The position numbers and the translations under genes are program-made. The notes under the pieces are model-generated. The model did no database searches. It was not told the origin of the DNA and was given only the letters and a program-made list of their open reading frames with translations. DNA of 33,724 nucleotides from Acidobacteriota bacterium (GTDB lineage Bacteria > Acidobacteriota > Thermoanaerobaculia > Multivoradales > UBA5704), in assembly GCA_040005235.1 (NCBI GenBank), contig JBDTZG010000058.1, positions 1 to 33,724 of the forward strand. The letters are read 5' to 3'. This document shows positions 12,101 to 18,900 of this stretch, piece by piece. Position 1 is the stretch's first letter, and every line of letters begins with the position of its first letter.

Positions 12101-12999
12101 TCGGCAGGATCTTGCCGGGGCGCCGCGGGTTCGTGGTCGACGAAACGGGCGAGGTCCAAACGCTCGGCGGCGTCGGCGAGCTGGTGCTTGGCGGTCTGCT
12201 CGCGCGCGGCTATCTCGATCGGCCGGATCTGACCGCCGAGCGCTTCCGTCCCGATCCATTCGCTGCGCAAACCGGCGCACGGATCTATTGGACCGGCGAC
12301 CGTATCCGGCAGCGGGGAGATGGCTCGTTTGACTACCTGGGGCGAACCGACAGCCAGATCAAGGTCCGCGGTTTCCGTATCGAGCCGGGGGAGATCGAGG
12401 CGGCGTTCCTGGGGCATCCGGGAGTCAAAGATGCGATCGTGCTCGCCCGCGAGGTGCTGGGCGCGGGGCCGCGGTTGATCGCCTGGTATCGGCCGCTCGG
12501 GGACTTAGGCGGCGGCCCCGACCTCCGCGCCTTCCTCGCCGGGCGGCTGCCGGACTACATGGTGCCGAGGGCGTTCGTCGAGGTGGCGCAATGGCCGATG
12601 ACGGCCACCGGCAAGATCGATCGCCGAGCCCTGCCCGATCCGCAGCGCTTGAGCACGGGCCAGCGGACGCCGCCGAAGACGTCGGTGCAGCACCTGATCG
12701 CCGACCTCTGGCGCGAGGCGCTGCCAGATCTCGGCGACGAGGTGGCGATCGAGGACAGCTTCTTCGAGCTGGGCGGCCATTCGCTGCTCGCCGTGCGCAT
12801 CACGTCCAAGGTGGCGGCGAATTTCCAAGTCGAGCTGCCGCTCAAACGGCTCTTCGAAGCCCCGTCGATCGCCGGCCTGGAAGCCGCCGTCCTCGCCGCC
12901 GAGTCCCGGCCGGGCCAAAGCGAGAAAATCGCCCGGGTGCTGCTGCGAATGAAAAGCCTGTCGCCGGACGAGAAAAAGCAACGGCTCGCCGCGGGGTGA
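1..12999 (+). CDS. Multimodular non-ribosomal peptide synthetase NRPS-1, 5'-truncated: C(partial)-A-T-C-A-T-C-A-T-C-A-T-tail
   Basis: Frame 1 is open from base 1 (ALSGPLAFAPFVAALSAVVARH..., mid C domain) to TGA 12997-12999. It has four HHxxxDGWS motifs (301, 3604, 6895, 10114), four YTSGSTG/YGPTE/GK(V/I)D A-domain motif sets and four GGHSL PCP motifs (3004, 6310, 9532, 12772). Confidence 0.97.
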   Translation, partial: ALSGPLAFAPFVAALSAVVARHARLRTRFGERDEKPFAEVVPPSAFSVPRIDLSGLATNAEAERLATAEGRRPFDLPLGPLLRVTLIRHGPNSYDALFVFHHIATDGWSISVFSREMAELYAAALEMRPARLPSLPIEVADWAAWQRGWLSGEVYSRELSWWRDRLAGAPDVLELPADRPRPSRRIHSASHFVWRELSPDQTAAIGARARAAGATAFMVLLAAWAGLLSRLGAGADLVIGSPVANRNRAETEGLIGFFVNSLALRLSADPAGSLEDLLAGARTAALGAYAHQDFPFERLVAELAGTRAGTGGGTRKNGAPPIYQTSLVFQNLPEPVMLPGLETRVEPLAGGGPKVDLGLGVSPVREDGAERYAVRLEIDLDLFDPATGARLLAGFEAMADALATRPKTRLLDAELLGPAERHQLLVEGADRDHNLPPWRLHDFLARNARERPDEPAVESEHEAGRRYTWGELDAHTNRLARRLAGLGAGPERVIGVSLEWSVDRPLAIYAIWKAGACYLPVDPELPVERRALLLADSGAVALITRERFWAELTTASDDPAAWAPLLLGDDGLPLAPGPEAEPSAALPDNLAYILYTSGSTGVPKGVAVSHAHAAVHLAAMVDVYRMDASDRVLQFAAASFDVSMEQIGIALTSGATLVVRGPELPAPGELSSWLARLRITQAHLSTAIWTEWSWSDPASAPLPRDLRALIVGGEAMSAAAVERFAALLATRSAPPVLWNGYGPTEAVIDATLHEVRSGPAGGSGSVPIGRLLPRRTGFVADPSGAPQTLGGRGELLLGGLLARGYFGRPDLTAERFRPDSSGIARRPGARVYWTGDRARVIASGAFEFLGRIDQQVKIRGFRIEPGEIESALGHHPAVKEAIVLARGAGESSRLIAWFRPLTAGGRAIDPRELRRFLGAVLPDYMIPAAFVEIAEWPKTATGKVDKKALPEPSRESAERIFVALRTPAEEIIAGLFVELLARGGGAAELPPIGGDSDFFALGGHSLLATQLASRLRRTFEIELPLADLFVASTVAGIAERVAALAGGPAAPPVERIDRIEREGSALPLSFAQERIWFLDRLEPGRATYNLGFRLTLEGPLVPAALGVAFGTVVSRHEPLRTRYPLVDDRPVQEILPPEEGGSAALPAVDLAGALAEPSATAEARRIARAFGRRPFDLARGPVLRAARLLRGAEISDLLFVFHHIATDGWSTAVFSRELVAAYGAAIEGRAAPLPDLPIDYADWAIWQRRRLSGGFYDAEVAWWRERLAGATEIAELPIDRPRPANPRRLAAALRHDLPDSLSAALAARARASGATLFMALLAAWAGLLSRLAGHREGSDLVIGTPVANRNRAETEPLIGFFVNSLALRISTESPSGLTLSELLLRTKRAALAAYEHQDLPFDRLVAELGGGARFGQAPPIYQVLMGLQNQPEPVLLPGLRTTFEELGGGTAKFDLSLVVLPVREPGTGGHDRLAAMLEIDLDLFEVATGERLLRGFSALAAELAAHPGRPLAEAELLDRSERHQLLAEWNDAELALPPVRVHDFLARHVRERPDEPALESEHEPGRRYTWRELDAHTDRLARRLAFLGAGPERVVAVSLPWSVDRALSVYAIWKAGACYLPVDPDLPAERRALLLSEARAVVLIARNLPSALSGSSATVTPLLLSKENGFPAAFGPEAIPRAALPENLAYLIYTSGSTGTPKGVAVSHRRAAAHFEASAGFYGWNASDRVIQLGAAGFDLSVDQIGVALAAGSTLVVRGPEPPAPADLSAWLGALRITCATLPTPLWAEWTLATEPLPKTLRRLYAGGEAMSAAAAERFRKKLAASPDPPTMWNAYGPTEAVVVATCHDLATGFLPESGSVPIGRPLPRRIAYVLDPAGDLQALGGRGELALGGLLARGYLGRPDLTAERFRPDPFAENEGARVYWTGDRVRRRADGAFEYLGRIDRQVKIRGVRIEPGEIEAALAAHPGVQEAIVLVRDAPGIGKRLIAWYVPRPGEPPSCPSPGSNPPPPRGKGPFADFKRFLGGRLPDYMVPTAFVEIAEWPLTPNGKVDRRALPEPAIEAEGPARIALSTPIEEIVAGAFAELLGINDALGADAEFFSLGGHSLLATQLASRLRRAFGVEIPLAEIFAAPTVAGIAGRIEKKLTEGSDVEPIPRMARPADVSLSFAQERLWFIDRLEPGNATYNVGFRLMLQGRFSRAALEAALAAVVGRHEPLRTRYAQPGDRARQEIDPPSSSLSSRWPLVDLTLDDRSSAAEAARIAKALGRRPFDLARGPVVRAALLRRGTACHDAVFTFHHIAIDGWSIAIFSREIAELYGAALEGREAHLPELPIAYSDWAIWQRGWLAGDRYDRELSWWRGHLLGAPEAIDLPADRPRPAAPKRLATQVRRSLSPHLSQALRARANAESSTLFMTLLTAWAGLLSRLGAGRDLVIGTPIANRNRAETEGLIGFFVNSLAIRIAAEEHGGHGGPPLRVLLGRTREASVGAFAHQDFPFERLVAELGGARGGNVPPIYQVSFAFQNLPPPVMLPGLVTTVEELDGGTAKLDLGLVVTPLSGGGLAAQLELNLDFFDPATGARLLAGFERMAAELAAHPEKVLADAELLGPAERQQLLIEWREGDLALDPLLVHDFIARNARERPEALALESEHEPGRRYSWAEVAAHTDVLARRLAGLGAGPETVVGVSLDRSVDRVLAMFAVWKAGACYLPIDPELPEERRMLLLGDAGAVVVILRDVPSGDLRWIGTVAPLLVIKESGLPVDGGPEEEPRAALPENLAYVIYTSGSTGMPKGVGISHEDAAGHFASAAGFYRMDGTDRVVQFASASFDVSMEQVGVALASGGTLVVRGPELPPPLELSAWMTRWGITNANLPTAVWSEWSWSDAQLPRQLRVLVTGGEAMTPAAAERFRVRLNEMDDPPVVYNGYGPTETVVTATCYDLRHGRLPESGSVSIGRLLPGRSGLVVDESGKIQPLGGVGELVLGGLLARGYLDRPDLTAERFRPDPFTDASFGARLYWTGDRVRQRGDGSFDYLGRTDQQIKIRGFRIEPGEIEAALAQHPGIKEAIVLARETPETGKRLIAWVRPRSLEVVLDSDELRRDLSSRLPAYMIPSAFVQIEEWPLSATGKIDRRALPDPSFDSKSERIALRTPTEEIVAGLFAELLGVSDLGADSDFFNLGGHSLLATQLASRLRRTFEVELPLAELFAGSTVAAIAGRIDALAGRPRQANFPLLRSERPDDLPLSFAQERLWFLDRLEPGTSTYNVGFRLSLDGALSPAALALALRALVARHEPLRTRFAFVDDRPTQRIEPPGDSSLSGIDLSGIAAGRALAEADRIAQAEGRRPFDLARGPVFRSNLVRRAPDHHEALFVFHHIATDGWSTGVFSRDLVELYGAALETRPADLPPMPIDYADWALWQRSWLAGEAYDRQLSWWRERLAGAPEVIDLPLDRPRPAQPKRHAQTIRRELSIELSSAVALRARSASATIYMTLLAAWAALLSRLGAGRDLVIGLPIANRNRAETEGLVGFFVNSLPIRISADPAPAPDLTLGDLLARARAAALGAFAHQDFPFDRLVAELGGGRGSRGGGIPPVYQVSLMLQNLPAPVRMPGLLAGVKELGGGTAKLDLGLAVVPVAEEGTERLTALLELNLDLFDPPTGARLLAGFEAMLEELAHHPERSFAQAELLAAAERHQLLVEWVDWNERDLAPAPLCVHDFLARHARERPDAPALESEHEPERRYTWGEAAAHTDRLARRLAGLGAGPERVVGVSLERSVDRVLAMFAIWKAGACYLPVDPELPAERRALLLSDARAVVLVARETPSELSGLNLKVAPLLLKKESGLPMNFGPEGIPRPAVPENLAYLIYTSGSTGLPKGVGISHRHAVGHFASASAFYRMDSSDRVVQFAAASFDVSMEQVGVALASGGTLVVRGPELPPPLELSAWMTRHGITHANLPTAVWSEWSRSKAPLPRELRVLVTGGEAMTPDAAERFRSRLAEMDRPPTVYNGYGPTETVVTATCYDLRWGRLPESGSVSIGRILPGRRGFVVDETGEVQTLGGVGELVLGGLLARGYLDRPDLTAERFRPDPFAAQTGARIYWTGDRIRQRGDGSFDYLGRTDSQIKVRGFRIEPGEIEAAFLGHPGVKDAIVLAREVLGAGPRLIAWYRPLGDLGGGPDLRAFLAGRLPDYMVPRAFVEVAQWPMTATGKIDRRALPDPQRLSTGQRTPPKTSVQHLIADLWREALPDLGDEVAIEDSFFELGGHSLLAVRITSKVAANFQVELPLKRLFEAPSIAGLEAAVLAAESRPGQSEKIARVLLRMKSLSPDEKKQRLAAG
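3200..6440 (+). other. Module 2 (C-A-T); A code DLDTYGAVVK
   Basis: HHIATDGWS; FDLSVDQ, ITCATL, LYAGGE, NAYGPTEAVVV; GGHSL. Confidence 0.85.
6005..6049. repeat. REP-like palindromic element inserted in frame in the module 2 A subdomain
   Basis: CCTTCCCCCGG (6007-6017) and CCGGGGGAAGG (6036-6046) form a perfect 11-bp inverted repeat around an 18-nt C-rich loop. It encodes a Pro-rich insert absent from the other nine modules. Confidence 0.65.
6495..9660 (+). other. Module 3 (C-A-T); A code DVENVGGVTK
   Basis: HHIAIDGWS; FDVSMEQ, ITNANL, LVTGGE, NGYGPTETVVT; GGHSL. Confidence 0.85.
9720..12885 (+). other. Module 4 (C-A-T, last module of NRPS-1); A code DVENVGGVTK
   Basis: HHIATDGWS; FDVSMEQ, ITHANL, LVTGGE, NGYGPTETVVT; terminal-type PCP EDSFFELGGHSLLAV. 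Confidence 0.85.
12886..12999 (+). other. C-terminal post-PCP tail of NRPS-1, putative docking element
   Basis: AVLAAESRPGQSEKIARVLLRMKSLSPDEKKQRLAAG. Not present after internal PCPs. 31/37 identical to the NRPS-2 tail. The docking role is inferred from position. Confidence 0.65.
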
Positions 13000-15900
13000 A
13001 CACCATCGAACTGACGCCGAGAGTCGAGAACCGCGCGCCGATGTCGTTCGGCCAGGAGGCGCTCTGGTTCCTCTCGAAGCTCGCGCCGGAGTCGCGCGCC
13101 TACCATCTGTGCGGCGCGGCGCGCGTCGTAAGCCCTTGCGACGCGGAGCGCCTGGAGCGCGCGTTCGCAGCCCTTTCCGAACGGCACCCCGTCCTTCGCA
13201 CCACCTTCGGCGAGGGGTCGGACGGCAAGCCCGAACAGCGGATCGGTAGCGGCGCCGGAGTCGTCTTCTCGCGCGAGATCGCAGAAGACGCCGAGGCTCT
13301 GAACGCCCTTCTGGCCCGCCATCTCGACGCTTCGTTCGACCTCGAGCGCGGGCCTCTGGTTCGCGCCGGGTTGATCACCGCCGGCGGCGAAACCGTGCTC
13401 TGGCTCGCGGCTCATCATCTGGTCGCCGACTTCTGGTCGCTCGCCGTGATGCTGCGCGATCTGGGGCGGGCTTATGCCACCGGCGACGAAATCGAAACGG
13501 AAGGCGGGCCACAGCTCTCGTATGCCGAGTGGGCGCGTTGGCAGCGCGAGCGGACGGCGGGCGAAACGGGGCAGCGCGAGCTGGCGGTCTGGAAGGAGAT
13601 CCTCGCAGGCGAGCTGCCGCGCCTGGAGCTGCCGACCGATCGGCCGCGACGGGCGAAGGTGACGTGGGTAGGCGGCTCGGTGGACGTCTTCGTCGGAGCC
13701 GAAGCCACGCGCCGTCTCGGCAGGATCGCGCGCGGCGCAAAGAGCAATCTTTTCTCAGGTTTGCTCGCCGCGTTCCAGGCGTTTCTTTCACGCCTTTCGG
13801 GGCAGGACGATCTGATCGTCGGCACGCCCACCACCGGCCGGTTCGGCGCCCGGGTCGACACCCAAGTCGGCTACTTCGTGAACCCGGTGCCGGTCCGCGC
13901 CGACCTTTCGGGCGATCCTTCGTTCGTCGATCTTTTGGCGCGGCAGAAACCCACGATAGAAGGCGCGCTCGCGCTTCAGGCGTATCCCTTCTCACGCCTT
14001 GCCGAGGAGATCCAACCGGAGCGCGATCCCGGCCGCTCGCCGATTTTCGATGCGATGTTGGCCTACGAGAAAGCGCGCGGAGGCGAGGGATTTTGGGGCT
14101 TCGCGTTGGGCCTTGCCGGAACGCAGGTGGACCTCGGCGGTCTCGCGCTCGAATCGCTGCGGGTGGAGCCTTCGGGCTCGCCCTTCGATCTATCGCTCGC
14201 GGTGTCCGAGGTGGGCGGCGGCCTTGCGGGCTCGCTGCGCTTTTCGAGCGAGCTGTTCGACCGCGCGACGATCGAGCGTTGGGCCGGATGGCTGGTGCGG
14301 TGGATCGAGGGCGCCGCGGCCGAGCCGGAGCTCCGGCTTTCCGATCTGCCGTTGCTCTCGCCTTTGGAGCGGCAGGAGCTGCGGCTGGAGAGCGAACCGC
14401 CCGCGGTGGCGTTCGCGAGCTCCGCGCTGGTCCACGATTTACTCGCCCGCCATGCGCGGGAGCGGCCGGGGGAGCTGGCGGTCGAATCGGAGCACGAGCC
14501 GGGCCGGCGCTATACCTGGGGCGAGGCGGCTGCCCATACCGATCGGCTGGCACGGCGGCTCGCGGGTTTGGGCGCGGGGCCGGAGAAGGTGGTCGGCGTG
14601 TCGCTGGAGCGCTCGGTCGATCGGGTGCTGTCGATTTATGCGATCTGGAAGGCGGGGGCCTGTTACCTGCCGGTCGATCCGGAGCTGCCGGCGGAGCGGC
14701 GGGCGTTGTTGTTGAGCGATGCCGGGGCGGTGGTGGTGATTGCGAGGGCGATGCCGTCGAAAGGGGCGGGCTGGATCGGGTCGGCTGCACCGCTTCTTCT
14801 CAGTAAGGATCGCGGGTTGCCGGTGGACGGCGGACCGGAAGGAGAGCCGCGGGCGGCGTTGCCGGAAAACCTGGCGTATGTGATCTATACCTCGGGCTCG
14901 ACCGGGGTGCCGAAAGGCGTGGGGATTTCTCATCGGGATGCGGCCGGGCACTTTGCGGCGGCGGCGGGTTTCTACGGAATGGATTCGACCGACCGGGTGG
15001 TGCAGTTCGCTTCGGCAAGCTTCGATGTGTCGATGGAGCAGGTCGGCGTGGCGTTGGCTTCCGGCGGGACGCTGGTGGTACGGGGTCCGGAGCTGCCGCC
15101 GCCGCTGGATCTTTCGGATTGGATGACGCGGTGGAGAATCACGAACGCGAATCTGCCGACCGCGGTCTGGACCGAGTGGAGCCGGGCTGTAGATCCACTG
15201 CCGAAGGACCTGCGCGTGCTGGTGACCGGTGGCGAGGCGATGACCCCGGCGGCTGCCGAGCGTTTCCGGCGGCGAATGGCGCGAATGGAGCGCCCGCCGG
15301 TCGTCTACAACGGCTATGGGCCGACCGAGGCGGTGGTGACCGCGACCTGTTTCGATCTGGCCGATCTGGCGGAGGGCGATCGGCCGGATTCGGGCTCGGT
15401 GCCGATCGGCCGCCTGCTGCCCGGGCGCAGCGGAGCCGTCGTCGATCGGACGGGCGTGGCGCAGCCGTTCGGTATCCCCGGCGAGCTGGTGTTGGGGGGA
15501 CTGCTCGCGCGCGGCTATCTCGATCGGCCGGACCTTACGGCCGAGCGATTCCGTCCCGATCCCTTGACTGACAAATTCGGCGAGAGGGTCTATCGAACCG
15601 GCGACCGCGTCCGGCAGCGGGGCGACGGCACAATCGAATACCTGGGACGGATCGATCACCAAATCAAAATCCGCGGCGTCCGCATCGAGCCGGGGGAGAT
15701 CGAAGCGGCGCTTGATGACCACCCGGGCGTCAAGGATTCGATCGTCCTCGCCCGGGAAGATCCGAACGCGCCGAATGCTGGCAAGCGGCTGATCGCCTGG
15801 TACCGGCCAATCCCCGACGAAGCGGTGACGGCGGCCGACCTGCGGCAATTCCTCGCGGCCCGGCTGCCCCAGGCGCTCGTGCCCGCCGCGTTCGTCGAGG

Positions 15901-18900
15901 TCGCGGACTGGCCGGTGGGACCTACCGGCAAGATCGACCGCCGCGCTCTGCCCGAGCCGGAGAACGACGGTGCAGGCGCCATTTGGATTGCGCCGCGGAC
16001 CCCTACCGAACAGATTGTCGCCGGCCTGTTCACCGAGCTTCTCGGAACCTCCGCACCGGGCGCCGAAGCGGACTTCTTCGCGCTCGGAGGCCATTCGCTC
16101 TTGGCCGCGCAGCTCGTCTCGCGCCTGCGCCGAGCGTTCGGCGTCGAGGTTCCCCTCGGTGAGCTTTTTGCCGGCTCGACGGTCGCCGCAATCGCCGAAC
16201 GCATCGATGCGCGCGCCGGAGCTCCGCAGGCGCCGCCTCTCCTGCGGATCGCTCAATCGCCCGAGGCGGCGCTGTCGTTTGGCGAAGAGCGGCTCTGGTT
16301 CCTCGATCGGCTGGATCCCGGCCGGGCGACCTACAACATCGGCTTTCGGTTGGCGCTCGGCGGGCCGCTGGATTCCGAGGCACTCGCAGGAGCGCTCCGT
16401 GAGGTCATCGCCCGCCATTCTCCCCTACGCACCCGGTACGCCGACCGCGAGGGGCGGCCCTACGCGACGATTCCGCCGCCGGAGTCGGCGTGGCGAATGC
16501 CGTTCGTCGATCTCTCCACAGCCATTTCGACGGAACGCGCGAAGGCCGAGGCCGCGCGGATCGCCGAAGGAGAAGGGCGGCGGCCTTTCGATCTTGCGCG
16601 CGGCCCGCTCCTGCGCGCGTCGCTGGTTCGGCGATCGGCGGATCTCCACGATTCGCTGTACGTGTTTCATCACATCGCGACCGACGGCTGGTCGCTGGGG
16701 GTGTTCTCGCGCGAGCTGGCGGAGCTGTACGGCGCCGCGGTCGAGGGTCGCTCCGCGAAGCTTCCGGAGCTGGCCGTCGAGTACGCGGATTGGGCGGCCT
16801 GGCAGCGCGGTTGGCTTTCGGGCGAGGTCTACGAGCGCGAGTTGTCCTGGTGGCGCGAGCGGCTCTCCGGAGCGCCGGAAGTGCTCGACCTGCCCCTCGA
16901 TCGGCCGCGATCGTCGCAGAAAAATTCGCAGGGCCGGCGTTCCCGCTGGGTCCGCCGTGAGCTGTCGGCGGAGCTGACCGAGGCGATCGCGGCCCGCTCG
17001 CGTGCAGCGGGATCGACCCCCTTCATGGTGCTTCTTGCGGCCTGGGCCGGAGTTCTGTCACGCCTTGGAGCCGGGACCGATCTGGTTCTCGGCACGGTGG
17101 TCGCGAATCGCAACCTGCCCGAGATCGAAGGGCTGATCGGATTCTTCGTCAATTCGCTCGCCGTTCGGATTTCCGCCGAGGGCGAGCCGACGTTGGGCGA
17201 GCTGCTCGAACGGACGCGGGCGGCGGCGCTCGGCGCCTACGCGCACCAGGAGCTCCCGTTGGACCGCCTGGTGGCAGAGCTGGGCGGCGGTGCGCGTTGG
17301 GGCGGAGTACCGCCGCTCTATCAGGCCTCACTGGTGCTCCAGAATCTCCCCGAGCCGGTGCTGCTGCCGGGGCTTTCGACCGCGATCGAGTCGCTCGATG
17401 GCGGAGTCGCGAAGCTCGACTTGTCGCTCGTCCTTTCGCCGATCCGGGAGGGAGGGACCGAGCGGCTCGCCGCGGAGCTGGAGCTGAATCTGGATCTGTT
17501 CGATCCGGCGACGGGAGCGCGGCTACTCGCCGGGTTCGAGCGGATGGCGGCGGAGCTGGCAGCGCTGCCGGAGAAGGCGTTGGCGGACGCGGAGCTGCTG
17601 GGGCCGGCGGAGCGGCATCAACTGCTGATCGAATGGCGGGAAGGGGATGTCGCGGTGCCGCCGCTCCTTATGCACGAGTGGATCGCGAAGCATGCGCGCG
17701 AGCGGCCGGCGGCGTTGGCGTTGGAGTCGGAGCACGAGCCGGGCCGGCGGTATTCGTGGTTTGAGGTGGCGGCGCATACCGATCGGCTGGCTCGGCGGCT
17801 CGCGGGTTTGGGCGCGGGACCGGAAGGGGTGGTCGCGGTGTCGTTGGAGCGCTCGGTCGATCGGGTGCTGGCGATGTTTGCGATTTGGAAGGCGGGCGCT
17901 TGTTATTTGCCGGTCGATCCGGAGCTTCCGCTAGAGCGTCGGGCGCTGTTGCTTGAGGATGCCAGGGTTGTGGTGGTGATGGCGAGGGATGTGACGTCGG
18001 GGGAGGGTGGTTGGATCGGGTCGGTGACTCCGCTTCTTATCAGTAAGGAGAGCGGGTTGCCGGTGGACGCCGGGCCGGAGTGGGAGCCGCGGGCGGCGGT
18101 GGCGGAAAACCTTGCGTACGTGATCTATACGTCCGGATCGACCGGGGTGCCGAAAGGTGTGGGGGTTTCACATCGGCATGCCGCCGGGCACTTCGCGGCG
18201 GCGGTGGGTTTTTATCGGATGGATGCGACCGACCGGGTGGTGCAGTTTGCCTCCGCGAGTTTCGACGTTTCGATGGAGCAGGTGGGCGTGGCGTTGGCTT
18301 CCGGCGGATGTTTGGTCGTGCGTGGGCCGGAGCTTCCTCCGCCGTTGGAGCTTTCAGGTTGGATGGCGCGATGGGGGATTACCAACGCGAATTTGCCGAC
18401 CGCCGTTTGGACCGAGTGGAGCCGGTCGGAGACTCCGTTGCCGCGCTGTCTGCGCGTGCTGGTGACGGGTGGCGAGGCGATGACTCCTACGGCGGCCGAG
18501 CGGTTCCGAAAAGCGCTCGTCGAGATGGAAAACCCTCCGGTCGTCTACAACGGCTATGGCCCGACCGAGACGGTGGTGACCGCCACCTGTTACGACTTGG
18601 CGGTCGGCAAGCTCAACGATTCCGGCGCGGTCTCGATCGGCCGCCTGCTTCCTTCCCGCACCGGCTTCGTCGTCGATCCGGAAGGTCGCCCGCTACCGCT
18701 CGGCGGCATCGGCGAGCTGGCGCTGGGCGGCCTGCTCGCGCGAGGCTATCTCGACCGGCCGGACCTCACCGCCGAGCGATTCCGCCCCGATCCCTTTACT
18801 GACAAAGCCGGCGAGAGGCTCTATCGGACCGGCGACCGCGTAAGGCAGCGGGGCGACGGCACTTTCGACTACCTCGGACGCATCGACAGCCAAATCAAGA

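Noticed and set aside
12591-12995. ORF-track start of the 6576-aa ORF at 12591
   Set aside because: It would overlap the last PCP of NRPS-1 by about 400 nt and translates as non-domain Arg/Ala-rich sequence. GTG 12996 with a GTGA overlap directly precedes the C domain.
18040-18802. Invertible (phase-variable) DNA segment between the inverted motifs
   Set aside because: Inversion would destroy the A domain, all copies are in the same orientation, and no recombinase is in the window.
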